Positions 28,868-39,352 of a DNA stretch of 64,000 nt are shown here, in pieces. The notes below the pieces were generated by a model. That model saw nothing but the letters and a program-made list of their open reading frames with translations, was not told the origin of the DNA and did not search any database. Source of the stretch: Nitrospirota bacterium (lineage in GTDB: Bacteria; Nitrospirota; Thermodesulfovibrionia; Thermodesulfovibrionales; UBA9159); contig CAVOUE010000006.1 of the NCBI GenBank assembly GCA_963699545.1, positions 288,001 to 352,000 of the forward strand, written 5' to 3'. The stretch's first letter is position 1, and each line of letters opens with the position of its first letter. A program made the position numbers and the translations under genes.

Positions 28868-30082
28868 ATGTTCTATCTCATAAAGAATTTCTTCATAGCC
28901 CTTCGGCAGATATTCATAGGGAGTAAGAAATACTACCTCTGGGTCGGCTTCCTGTTGTTTCTTATCCTCCTGGGAGCCAGCGCCTATTTTGACCAGTTCA
29001 AGAGGGGACTGATTTTGACCGGCATGAGGGATCAGGTCTCATGGGGATTTTATATCTCGAATTTCACCTTCCTCGTGGGGGTTGCCGCAGCAGCAGTCCT
29101 TCTGGTTATCCCGGCATATATCTATAATTTCAAGCCCATCAAGGAAATCGTCCTCTTCGGGGAACTCCTTGCGATCACCGCGATTTCGATGTGCCTGCTT
29201 TTCGTGATGATCGACATGGGCCAGCCCCTGAGGGCCTGGCATATCCTGCCGATCGTCGGCGCCATGCATTTCCCGCAATCCCTTCTTGCATGGGACGTGG
29301 TGGTGCTGAATGGATATCTCGCCATAAATACCTTTATCTCTTTCTATGTCCTTTACCGTCTTTCCATAGGGAAGGAATATAAGATGTCGGTCATCGGCCC
29401 CCTTATCATCCTTTCAATACCCTGGGCGGTCAGCATCCATACAGTTACAGCATTCTTATATAACGGAATGTCGGCACGACCTTTCTGGAACGCCTCGATC
29501 CTTGCCCCAAGGTTCCTCGCTTCCGCGTTCTGCTCGGGGCCGGCCATCATGATCGTTCTTTTCCAGATAATCAGGAAGCAATCGGAAGTTGAAATCGAAG
29601 ACCGCGCCATCTTCAAGATCGCAGAACTGATAGCCTATGCGATGGGACTGAACCTGTTCCTCCTTGGAGCTGAGGTGTTCAAGGAGTTCTATTCGGGGAG
29701 CATCGACATGTATTCCATCGAGTACCTGTACTTCGGCCTCCACGGAAAGTCTGCGCTCGTCCCATGGATATGGACGGCAACCCTGTTGAACATCAGCGCA
29801 TTCTTTCTCTTCCTTCTGCCTAAGACCCGGGAGAATTATACAACGCTTAACATGGCGTGCATTTTCGTCATCACCGGGGTATATATCGAAAAAGGGTTGG
29901 GTCTCGTGATCCCTGGCTTTGTCCCCGATACTCTCGGAGAGATATACGAGTATACTCCTACCACTCCCGAACTGCTCATCACCATTGGTGTCTGGGCGAC
30001 AGGCGCGCTGATTTACACATTGCTGCTCAAGTTCGCTGTCCCGGTCTATACAGGCAAACTGAGATTCGAGACAAAGACGTAA
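28868..30082 (+). CDS. NrfD/DsrP family membrane protein
   Basis: VSWGFYISNFTFLVGVAAA, DMGQP, SIHTVTAFL, APRFLASAF. Confidence 0.88.
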   Translation: MFYLIKNFFIALRQIFIGSKKYYLWVGFLLFLILLGASAYFDQFKRGLILTGMRDQVSWGFYISNFTFLVGVAAAAVLLVIPAYIYNFKPIKEIVLFGELLAITAISMCLLFVMIDMGQPLRAWHILPIVGAMHFPQSLLAWDVVVLNGYLAINTFISFYVLYRLSIGKEYKMSVIGPLIILSIPWAVSIHTVTAFLYNGMSARPFWNASILAPRFLASAFCSGPAIMIVLFQIIRKQSEVEIEDRAIFKIAELIAYAMGLNLFLLGAEVFKEFYSGSIDMYSIEYLYFGLHGKSALVPWIWTATLLNISAFFLFLLPKTRENYTTLNMACIFVITGVYIEKGLGLVIPGFVPDTLGEIYEYTPTTPELLITIGVWATGALIYTLLLKFAVPVYTGKLRFETKT

Positions 30083-30226
30083 ACCGTTTGGGAGAACGCC
30101 GCGCCCGCAAAGAGAACCTCCGACGCTTCTCATCCCATATCAAGGAGTAGCGCTCGCCATTTATGTTAATATATGTGTCCAGTGGCTCCATGGGGCAATA
30201 CTACTTTTTTGTTCGAGGTGAAGCGT

Positions 30227-31582
30227 ATGCAGAGCGTTCTGAAAATAATTGAAGACCTGGCATTAAAACACGATAAGATATCTCCGGATCTTGTGAAGGG
30301 AAAGAACATAAAGCTTGGTCTCCGAAACGAGGACGGGACAGGTGTCTTCGTAGGAATAACGAGCAAAGGACAGGTCATCGGCTACAAGAAAGAGATCCAA
30401 GGGGACGGGACCGAGAAAAAAGTGGACCTCGACGGTGAATTATACTACTGCGGATATAACATAAAGGACCTGGTCAGACACCAGCAGGAAGAAGGGAGGT
30501 TCGGCTATGAAGAGACAGCGTATCTTCTCCTCACAAGCGAGCTTCCGAACCAAAAACATCTTGATATCTTTACCGGCGAGCTTGCGCAGAGAAGATGCCT
30601 TCCGAAGGAAGCGAAAAAAATAATCCTCAACAGACCGCCCCATGACGACCAGATGGGTTCCCTTCACACAATAGTGTCCGCGATGCACTTGTTTGACGAT
30701 AATCCTAACTCCACCGACATAAAAGATCTTTCACGACAATGTATCGACCTTGTCGCAAAGTTTCCGACGATCGTTGCATACAACTATCATGCATCGACCC
30801 GACACAGAAAAGGGGCGTCAGAACTCATGGAGCCAAGAGAGGAATACAGCCACGCGGAAAATTTCCTCTACATGCTGCAGGGCAAGAAACCGGACAGGCT
30901 GACGGCAAACTTGTTCGACATGATGCTCGTCCTCCATGCTGAACACGGTGGCGGGAACAATTCGACATTCACGGTCAGGACCGTGTCCTCCTCCGGTGCG
31001 AACAGTTACATGGCGATCTGCTCGGGGATAGCGTCGCTTTCAGGACACCTTCACGGAGGCGCCAATGAAGCGGTTGAAAGCATGATGGAAAACATAAAAA
31101 CGAACGTGAAAGACTGGGATGATGACGGTGAAGTGTCCCGCTACCTTGAAAGGATACTCGACAGAAAGGCCAATGACAAATCGGGGAAAATATACGGTAT
31201 AGGGCACGCCGTCTATACCAAGTCAGACCCGAGGGCACTTATCCTTGAAGAGAAGGCAGAAGAGATCGCGAAAAAGAACAGCATGGGCAAAGAGTTTGCT
31301 CTGTACAGGAAAGTTGCCGGGCTGGCGCCTACACTCGTTAAAGAGAAGAAGGGGAAGGTGGCATCAGCGAACGTCGACTTTTATTCGGGATTCGTATACC
31401 GGTCGATGGGCATACCGAAAGAGCTCTTCACACCCATCTTTGCAATGTCAAGGGTGGCAGGTTGGTCAGCCCACAGGATCGAAGAGATCATACAGGGGAA
31501 ACTGATGAGACCGTCGTATTACTCGTCATTGCCGGACCTGAGAAAAGATTATGTGCCTCTCGCGCTCAGGAAGGACGGCTGA
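30227..31582 (+). CDS. gltA: Citrate synthase
   Basis: GLRN.DGTGV, LHAEHGGGNNSTF, LHGGANE, GIGHAVY, NVDFYSG. Confidence 0.93.
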   Translation: MQSVLKIIEDLALKHDKISPDLVKGKNIKLGLRNEDGTGVFVGITSKGQVIGYKKEIQGDGTEKKVDLDGELYYCGYNIKDLVRHQQEEGRFGYEETAYLLLTSELPNQKHLDIFTGELAQRRCLPKEAKKIILNRPPHDDQMGSLHTIVSAMHLFDDNPNSTDIKDLSRQCIDLVAKFPTIVAYNYHASTRHRKGASELMEPREEYSHAENFLYMLQGKKPDRLTANLFDMMLVLHAEHGGGNNSTFTVRTVSSSGANSYMAICSGIASLSGHLHGGANEAVESMMENIKTNVKDWDDDGEVSRYLERILDRKANDKSGKIYGIGHAVYTKSDPRALILEEKAEEIAKKNSMGKEFALYRKVAGLAPTLVKEKKGKVASANVDFYSGFVYRSMGIPKELFTPIFAMSRVAGWSAHRIEEIIQGKLMRPSYYSSLPDLRKDYVPLALRKDG

Positions 31583-31594
31583 GGCCTGACTTAG

Positions 31595-31723
31595 TTGACA
31601 ACGCCTGAGATATTCAGAACCGCATGGGGCAGACTGGTGGAGATTCGAGAGTTCAAGCGCAAACACTCAAATGTTGACTTCACCGACTACCTGATAGGTA
31701 TTGCAAATCGAAACTCATGTTGA
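31595..31723 (+). pseudogene. Possible PIN/VapC toxin remnant
   Basis: Translates ...REFKRKHSNVDFTDYLIGIANRNSC*, resembling a PIN C-terminal DFxDxLI segment. Confidence 0.35.
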
Positions 31724-31743
31724 TTTACAGGAGGAATACACAC

Positions 31744-31773
31744 AAAAAAGGGCGAGATATTTAGCCTCGCCCT
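31744..31773 (-). terminator. Rho-independent terminator
   Basis: AGGGCGAG/CTCGCCCT stem with A6 on the top strand. Confidence 0.6.
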
Positions 31774-31881
31774 CAATACTATCATCAGATAGTCTATTTT
31801 AGTTTTCTGTTATTCTCCTTCTCCTCAGATAATACACAGAGCCAAGCCCTGCAAGCACCATAAAGAGTATAAACAGCGGTG

Positions 31882-33861
31882 TCATTGCTGAAAACCAATA
31901 ACAAAATAAGCCGCATAGGCCGCAAAAGCCCAGCAGACAAAAACAGCGATGGCAATAGAGCTGACTATCCTGTTTCGAAGGAAAGGTTCTGCACCGGCTG
32001 CTGCAAGTACCGCATAACAGGGAAGCAGGCCCAGCGTGTAGCTGGCCTTGGCGGTACTGTAAATCGGAAGTCTTATGTAAAGATCCATCATTGCAGCCAA
32101 AAACAATGCGATCGCCCCGATGGAAAAGATAACGGCGTTTCTGTAAACTGCCGTCTTATTCAGCCCGGCCACGACCACACTTGTCACGATAAAAAAACTC
32201 GGCAGCAAGGCCAGCAAGGCCCCTGCCGCCATAAAGTTTTCATTCCAGGGCGGACGCTCTATAAAAACTGTTAATCCGGAACTGAAACCGTCCAACCATA
32301 ATGTTGAATATACCGCATCCCAAAAACCTTTAACACCCGCATAGACAGGATAGCTGAGTGACTGCCCGAAAGACAAAATCTGCGACCACGTTCTATAGCT
32401 CGGGGCCTGCCACCACTGACTCCCGCGCAACGGGTCCCAGCCGCCCACAAAAAATTTGCCGAACTCGATATAGTTTCGGAAGTAATACCAGCCCGCGGTC
32501 AATATCGAGATGCCGAAGATAATAACAGCCGGCATCACCGCCGACTTTAAAGGCCTTTGGACAGCCTTTTTGTGGAAAAGCAGAACAATTATCAAAATGG
32601 GCGCAAGCAGAATCGCGCTAAATTTTGAAAGAAGCGCCAATCCCCACACAAAACCCATAAGAGCAAAAAATCCGGGTCTCCTCTCTTTCTGGACGGGCAT
32701 AACGAGTGACATACAAAAAAAAACTACAAGCGACATAAAACATCCTGCGAGAGGTTCATTGCCCACAACCTGGCACATATATGTGTGCATCGGCAGCAGC
32801 GAACCGGTGACTATGGCGACGATCTGAAGATCCTTCCTTTCCACAAACACAAGCCGCGCCGCACGATACACGATCTCGATCTGCAGCAGCCCGCAGATAA
32901 CCGGGACAATCCGCAGAATCTGGACGACCCTTGGCAGTTCCACCCATTTTGTCAGAAGTGCATAGAGCGGTGCACTTAATACATAGTTGAGCGGTGCCTG
33001 AAACATCTGCCAACCGGCTGAGGCCAGAGGCAGTGAACCTCTTGTCACTATGTACTCGATGTATTCGATATGCCACTTAATGTCAAAGCCGACCTGATAA
33101 TCTATCTTGAACATGTTATTGACCGCAAGTATCGCCCATAAAACAAGCAGCGCCAGTCGTACATAAGAGGGGTCAGGCCGGCATTTTGAAAATTTCTGCA
33201 CCTTGTCTCCATGCAGGCTGCTAAGCAACGCAATGATAAACACCATTACAAGAACGACCGCAAGATAAGGCATTGTTTTGATAAGGGCATCGGCTGCTGA
33301 AGGAAATTCACGCGACACTGCCGCCTCTCTTATCTCCGAAGCAGGCACGGCCGGCTGCCAGCTTTTGCCGTCGAGCGAGGCCAGCCATCCGGAGCCCGTC
33401 CGTATGGGCAATGTGTCACTAAATGCGATAACAGCAGGGAAAGAATTTTCGCTCATGCCAATTATAACGATTTTATGCTGGCCGGCCTTAACCGTAAACG
33501 GCACCGCTATATCATTAACCTGCTTCCAATTATCAAATGCATAAGATGAAGCAAAGATAGTGACACCATCAAAAACAACCCGGACTTGCTTAAGTGCCTG
33601 CACAGTGATCCGGGCATTGTCAACGTCCTCGCTTGCATTAAAACTATATTGAAATCCGCATTTGCGTGGGCCTACCGGAATCGATTCTAGCCGAAATTCA
33701 GAATTGTATTTTATCCACTGAGCCCCGGCACGGTCGGCAAGAAACTGCACATGAGGCGATTCTCTATATTGCAGTATTCTGACTCCGCCCAACACAACCA
33801 CTGCAATAATCACTAAGGCTGCTATGAGAATATGTTGCTTTGATTGTTTAGAAACTGTCAT
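31882..33861 (-). CDS. Polytopic membrane protein, probable GT-C (ArnT/PMT-like) glycosyltransferase with periplasmic N-terminal domain
   Basis: GFD..WH.EYI, QAPLNY, GNE, GLALLSKFS, GWYYFRN; about 12 TM helices; lower GC. Confidence 0.65.
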   Translation of the reverse strand: MTVSKQSKQHILIAALVIIAVVVLGGVRILQYRESPHVQFLADRAGAQWIKYNSEFRLESIPVGPRKCGFQYSFNASEDVDNARITVQALKQVRVVFDGVTIFASSYAFDNWKQVNDIAVPFTVKAGQHKIVIIGMSENSFPAVIAFSDTLPIRTGSGWLASLDGKSWQPAVPASEIREAAVSREFPSAADALIKTMPYLAVVLVMVFIIALLSSLHGDKVQKFSKCRPDPSYVRLALLVLWAILAVNNMFKIDYQVGFDIKWHIEYIEYIVTRGSLPLASAGWQMFQAPLNYVLSAPLYALLTKWVELPRVVQILRIVPVICGLLQIEIVYRAARLVFVERKDLQIVAIVTGSLLPMHTYMCQVVGNEPLAGCFMSLVVFFCMSLVMPVQKERRPGFFALMGFVWGLALLSKFSAILLAPILIIVLLFHKKAVQRPLKSAVMPAVIIFGISILTAGWYYFRNYIEFGKFFVGGWDPLRGSQWWQAPSYRTWSQILSFGQSLSYPVYAGVKGFWDAVYSTLWLDGFSSGLTVFIERPPWNENFMAAGALLALLPSFFIVTSVVVAGLNKTAVYRNAVIFSIGAIALFLAAMMDLYIRLPIYSTAKASYTLGLLPCYAVLAAAGAEPFLRNRIVSSIAIAVFVCWAFAAYAAYFVIGFQQ

Positions 33862-34623
33862 CCTGATCCTCTGTCACCTCGCCTTTCTGCAACCCATTTC
33901 TATCATACCGCCTTTTCTTAGCAAGCCTATATCACGCTCAACAGGGCAAATAGCGGAAAGGTCGTCATATAAAATATCTTCTGAAGCAATATCGAGATAC
34001 ATGAAGATTCAACGACATATGATTTGTTGCCTTTTAGAGCTTCAAAGAGGCCCTCTTTTTTTGTGAACAGGCAGTTCAAAAGGCTCCTCTCTATCTTCTC
34101 GATGACCTTCCCGACAATCATGCATTTATTCTTCCATTTGAAAGGGTATATTTTTATACCAGCTATTCTCAATAATTTCAATATATTTTTTATGCGGGCT
34201 AGCAGGTGAAGCAGACATCCTGTCCTGCAGTCCGTGCCTCTCCGCATATCTGTGCTTAATCGACGAATGTTTGTATCAGAACTTCACACCGAGGAAAGTT
34301 CAACTTTCAACTTCATCTAGATGACTGGTCTCGTTGCTCGGCCGGGGATTAGGCGTGATACGGGGCGTACTCAACAGATATTGAGAAGCTGAAACTCGCG
34401 TTGGTTACTGTGAGGACAAGTAACCCTCCCTGACTCCTATAATCTGTCACTTTGAAATCGTATAAAACAGTTCTCAAAAACTGAAACTGCTGCGGTGTAC
34501 AGGAAGAAGCCGATGGTTAGGTATCCGCTAATTGAATGGTTAATCCGCAGGTTGTTCCGAACTGAGCGCAATTTTCAGACAGGGACTGACTTTGTTGCAT
34601 CCTGATGCACGGAGGGGCGTCTC

Positions 34624-35485
34624 TTACTCTTTGTACGTAGCTGAGAGCATGGCCACCAGGACGGCCAGACCGGCAAAGACAAGCATAAGGAAGGATGAAA
34701 AGTTTCTCCTGAATTTGACCTCGCTAAAGATATGCTTAACGCTTCTCTCTATGGCGTTCAATCTCTTGGTGAACTCATCGGTTCTGTCTTTCACCAAGCT
34801 AACATCAACGCTATGAAAGAGCGTTCGAAATTCAGCCTCGGTACTGAAGAGGGCCTTCTCGTCGTCAGCAGCATAGATCCCTTCTCGTCTTAATTCCTCG
34901 AGAGATGTGCCAATTTCACCTATCTTCTTCTCTGTAAGAAAGAGCGCCTGTTTCATCATCTTGGCTCTTTCGTAAGAGTGGCATCTTGAGCAAAGTCCTT
35001 CGTTGATAATGTCGATACTCGCCTTCTGTATATACTGCTCCTCCTTGTGGGAACCGTGACAGGTAACGCAGTTAGGTCCCTTGCCCGTGGACTTTAATGC
35101 CTTCCCATGACCGCTTTCAAGATAGCTTTTCAATATCCCCACATGACACTTACCGCAGAACTCGGGGACATCCCGATATTTTGGCGCTCCCACAAATCCC
35201 CGCTGGGGTGACATTGACATGGACGCATCTTTCGGGTCGCCACCATGACAGTCGTGACAGGAGAACATTATGAAGATAATGGATACTCATTTGCCATTTC
35301 TGCGGTATGTCCTTGAACTTGGGATCTATTTTTTCGGAGGCATGACATCCAATGCAGACATCCTCTTCGGCCGTTTCGCCCCCCCAGGGTTTTGAGAGGA
35401 ATTCCTTCTCAAAGGTCTCACGGTATCCCGCCATGGTCACGTTTGCAAGGGCAAGAACCATACACAGGGAAAGGATATATCTCAT
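34624..35485 (-). CDS. Pentaheme cytochrome c with C-terminal anchor; frameshift at about 35263
   Basis: CIGCH | CHDCH, CGKCH, CVTCH, CSRCH; ATG overlaps the cyt b stop. Confidence 0.85.
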
Positions 35486-36573
35486 CAGTATTTCCCCCAA
35501 ACAGTCAAGACAATCCATATCGCCATGCAACACAGGATCGCACTCAGAAGGAAAGGCCTTTTCAGTATGTTCTTTTTCTCTTTTATATCGATAAAGGGCC
35601 AGAACAGAACCACCAGTACAAAGATTATCTGCAAGCTGATGCCGAGAAATTTGTTGGGAATGAGTTTCAGCAGCTGATACGGCGCAAGGAAGTACCATTC
35701 GGGCCTTGTGTGTATCGGCGTCTTGAGGGTATCCGCCGGAGTGTTTGCATCAGGGGAGAGGAAAAGGGTCGGCAGAAGAGTGATGAAGAAAAACATCACC
35801 ACGAGATAGGTGAAAACCATAAAAAGCTCTTTGAGAAAAAAATGGGGATAAAAGGGCTGGCCCTGATACTCCTCATGCCTGTATCGGATCCACGGTTCAT
35901 GCTCTTCATCCGTCTCGCCAAAGGAAGGTGAAGAAATCCCGATACGCCTGATGAAAAACAGGTGAACGCCCAAAAGCCCCACAAGGATTGGCGGAAGCAG
36001 AGCAACGTGGAGGGCGAAGAACCTGTTCAGGGTCAACCCTGAAACATGATCGCCGCCCCGAAGGACATTGGCAACAGCATCGCCGAGGTAGGGGAAAGCG
36101 GAGGGCATGGTCGTGACAATAGTCGTCGCCCAATAGCCCTGCTGACTCCAGGGAAGAAGGAAACCGCTGAGACAGAAGAGAAAGATGATGAGTAGCATGA
36201 AGACACCGCCCGTCCATGTCATCTCCCGTGGTTTCTTATAGCTCCCTACGAACAGCGTAGCCAGAATATGGAGGATGAGCACCGACACGATCAGGTGACT
36301 GCCCACCACATGAATTTCCCTGAACAGCCATCCGTACGGGACCTTGGTCATTATGTCCTGGATACTTCTGAATGCGTGTTCCGATTGGGGAACATAGTAC
36401 ACCAGGAGGAAGAAACCGGTGAGGGCCTGTATCACGTAAGCAACCACGGCCACAAAGCCAAGGGTATAGAAGATATTGATGTCCTTCGGTACCCGGTATT
36501 CCCTTAGCTGGGTCCTGACGAGCTCGTCAAGCCCAATCCGTACTTCGATCCAGTCCTTTATTTTTTTCCCCAT
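35485..36573 (-). CDS. Cytochrome b of a Rieske/cyt b complex (unsplit)
   Basis: REIH..LH, YKKPREMTW, LLPWSQQGYWA, RFFALH, PEWY. Confidence 0.93.
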   Translation of the reverse strand: MGKKIKDWIEVRIGLDELVRTQLREYRVPKDINIFYTLGFVAVVAYVIQALTGFFLLVYYVPQSEHAFRSIQDIMTKVPYGWLFREIHVVGSHLIVSVLILHILATLFVGSYKKPREMTWTGGVFMLLIIFLFCLSGFLLPWSQQGYWATTIVTTMPSAFPYLGDAVANVLRGGDHVSGLTLNRFFALHVALLPPILVGLLGVHLFFIRRIGISSPSFGETDEEHEPWIRYRHEEYQGQPFYPHFFLKELFMVFTYLVVMFFFITLLPTLFLSPDANTPADTLKTPIHTRPEWYFLAPYQLLKLIPNKFLGISLQIIFVLVVLFWPFIDIKEKKNILKRPFLLSAILCCMAIWIVLTVWGKY

Positions 36574-36577
36574 GGCC

Positions 36578-37015
36578 TCATCCTATGATGATCAAATCTC
36601 CCTCTACCTTAAGGGGAACCGCTGTCAGAGGACGTGGCGGCGGGCCTGATAGAACATTTCCCTCCAGGTCAAAGGTTCCAGCATGACACGGGCAGATCAG
36701 TTTCCTCAGGCCCTTGTCGTATACCACAAGACATCCGAGATGGGTACAGACTTTTGAAAAAGCAGCTAGCCCTTTTTCGGAGCGGTTGATGACAATCACA
36801 GGCTTTTCACCGAGGACGATCTCCCTGGCGTCTCCCGGACGGATATCGCTTTTTTTGATACTGATGGTCCCGGCTTTGCCGTCTCTGGCGGGTGGAGCAA
36901 AAAATCTCATCAAAGGGTAGGCAAGGGAACCGAACGCAGTTGATCCAAGAACAGCCAGCAATACACCGAGAAATCTGCGCCTCTTCATCGTCCCCCTGTT
37001 ACCGACCATTACCAC
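36578..37015 (-). CDS. Rieske 2Fe-2S subunit
   Basis: KRRRFL Tat-like motif; CTHLGC, CPCH, GPPPRPL. Confidence 0.93.
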   Translation of the reverse strand: MVMVGNRGTMKRRRFLGVLLAVLGSTAFGSLAYPLMRFFAPPARDGKAGTISIKKSDIRPGDAREIVLGEKPVIVINRSEKGLAAFSKVCTHLGCLVVYDKGLRKLICPCHAGTFDLEGNVLSGPPPRPLTAVPLKVEGDLIIIG

Positions 37016-37198
37016 GAGATAGATATTCTATTTTTTTTCAATGTATTTTCGCACAAAGGGTCCTCCTTGTCAAGCAGGAATCACGTCTCTGCCACAGCTA
37101 TGGCCACGTTCCGCAGTAGACTTTTTCTTCAGATAGCGTAAAATAAGAACACATTCTCGGGGACAGGATACCGGGACAACAAGGAGGAATGGGAAGAA

Positions 37199-38026
37199 AT
37201 GGGCACGGGAAAAGTTTATGGATGGCTGATTATTGTTATCTTTCTCTTAATGCCTTTACATGCATCTGCCGAGGACCCTCCCGACACCGGAAAGGCCGAG
37301 GGGGCTGCTCCTGCAGAAAGTGTTGACACACCAAAGGACGGACAGGATGAATTTGCCGAGATAAAACCCGTTGCCGATCCCCTCGAGCCCTGGAACCGCC
37401 TTGTCTTCTTCCTCAACGACAGGCTCTATTTCGCCCTCGCTAAGCCGGTTGCACAGGGATACGGCCTTATTGTTCCTGAATGGGGACGTGTCAGGGTACG
37501 CAATATTTTTGATAACCTCAGGACTCCGGTGAGGTTCGTCAGTTGCCTGCTCCAGGGAAAAATGAAATGTGCAGGCAATGAGCTTGCGAGATTTCTCCTG
37601 AACAGCAGCCTGGGCATGGGGGGCATGTTCGACGTGGCGAACTACAATCTCCAGCTGACAAGCAGCGATCAAGACCTGGGATTGGCCCTCGGGCACTATG
37701 GCATCGGAGAGGGCATCTTCATCGTGTGGCCTTTTCTCGGGCCATCCTCCGCGAGGGATTCCGTGGGAATAGCGGGCGATTTCTTCCTCTATCCCGTGAG
37801 CTACATCACCCCCTTTGAGGACTGGCTTGTCGTCCGCTCATACCAGTTTGAGAACGACGTTTCCCTCAGGATAGGTGAATATGAAGACCTTACGGAATCC
37901 TCCCTCGACCCCTACGTGGCTATGAAGGACGCTTATTCCGAGTACAGAAGGAGCAAGGTGAAAGAAGGTACAGGGGAAGAAAGCGCAGCGGGCCCATCGC
38001 CCACTTCGGGATGGCCAGGCCGTTAA
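37199..38026 (+). CDS. mlaA: MlaA/VacJ family protein
   Basis: DPLEPWNR, RFLLNSSLGMGG.FDVA, PFLGPSS.RD, DPY. Confidence 0.9.
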   Translation: MGTGKVYGWLIIVIFLLMPLHASAEDPPDTGKAEGAAPAESVDTPKDGQDEFAEIKPVADPLEPWNRLVFFLNDRLYFALAKPVAQGYGLIVPEWGRVRVRNIFDNLRTPVRFVSCLLQGKMKCAGNELARFLLNSSLGMGGMFDVANYNLQLTSSDQDLGLALGHYGIGEGIFIVWPFLGPSSARDSVGIAGDFFLYPVSYITPFEDWLVVRSYQFENDVSLRIGEYEDLTESSLDPYVAMKDAYSEYRRSKVKEGTGEESAAGPSPTSGWPGR

Positions 38027-39040
38027 TTGCGGGAAAAATTGTTTACGTCATCGCGGCCCTTCACCGGTGACACACCGAACCCGGAGGGACCCCTACCGTC
38101 CATCGGGAACAGCGGTCGTGTGTTTCCCTTCAGACCGCTTTCGCTATATGCGTTCATCAACTGGTCTTTGAATTTCTTGATATCCTCCACACCATTGAGC
38201 TCATATCTCCCGCCATTAGGAAATTCGATATACTTTGATTTCTTTGGATGCACGCTGAGACGGCATATCCAATTGCGTGAGCCATCAAACGCCACCACAA
38301 TATACCCTTTTGTTCTCCTTAAGCGTAATTTCTCCGTCCGGCGGAAGAACAGTTCTCAAAACCGCTTCCACATCGTAACGTACCTCCGGTTCCCTGTCTG
38401 CAGTTTCGTGTGGGTTTCCTTCCCCCTCTTCAATGGGTCCGGGCGGCAATGTTCTCATCCTCTTGAATATTGTTTCGGGTATGGGTCTGCCAAGCCTTTT
38501 GTACAGGAAACTGATCACCTGCTCTTCCAGGGAAGGGGCTGTTCCATCAGCCCACTTCTCCATTCCCGGGGAGTAACTGTATCGCCTGGCGTCCCAATAG
38601 ACATCTATCCAGGGATCTTCTTCAGTCATTTCCTTCGGAATCATTATCGAAATCCTCTTGCCGCTGATAAGGTCGTCAAACCTCGTTCTGTTCGTGGGAA
38701 AACCCCTGTGACCTTCGGCGCTCCGTTCTATTCCCTCTTTATACAAGATGAGATCTTCAGGCAGTGAATGAGCCTCGGTTAAGCTCCTGACAAGGTGTTT
38801 GCAGAGGCGGCGAGGGTCGTCGTGCCGGAACTGCTCACGCTCGTTCCTGAAATCCGGGCACGAGCACGTTATCGCCCTGGTGTTGATCGCATGGCATTTC
38901 TTGACCTCAGGGTAGAAACTCGTTGCGGCACAAGGAGTTACACAGACCTGGACGTCTTTACTCTGATTCCGGCGTCCCTTGAAATAATAAGCACCGGCTG
39001 CGGCAAGGACAACGGCAGCGATCATGACGGCCCACATCAT
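38023..39040 (-). CDS. Membrane-anchored SWIM zinc-finger protein; frameshift at about 38315 joins two ORFs
   Basis: N-terminal TM; TCSCPDF...LCKHL; removing one A gives ...LKETKGYIVVAFDGSRNWICRL. Confidence 0.6.
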
Positions 39041-39352
39041 TCAAGTCTCTCCCTGCTGGTAGTAACCAAGGAATCTTTGCCCCCCGCAGCGCCGAAAACA
39101 CGTTCTTGGGACTTGTGGCAAGTCCCCGCACGCTCCACGTTATCAAATCCCGGATGGTTTGTCAATAAAAAACAGACCCTTTATTCCGTCCTGGGAGGAG
39201 CCCGCTCCGGACCATTGGTAAGCACATTCCGTTTAAGATCCCGGCCGGAAAAAGCATCCATTCCTATTTAAGAGGACTCCAGGATAGTACTTTCAGGTCC
39301 GAATCCATCATCGACTTTCCATAGAAAATAGCTTATTATAAAATTAAGTGAT

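Noticed and set aside
27926-30082. dsrOP as evidence of sulfate reduction
   Set aside because: dsrMKJ and dsrAB are absent from the window; family resemblance alone is insufficient.
33927-34247. 106-aa ORF in the AT-rich spacer
   Set aside because: No motif or clear RBS.
34260-34600. Riboswitch, tRNA or other ncRNA in intergenic regions
   Set aside because: No recognisable cloverleaf or riboswitch consensus by eye; an Rfam/tRNAscan search would be needed.
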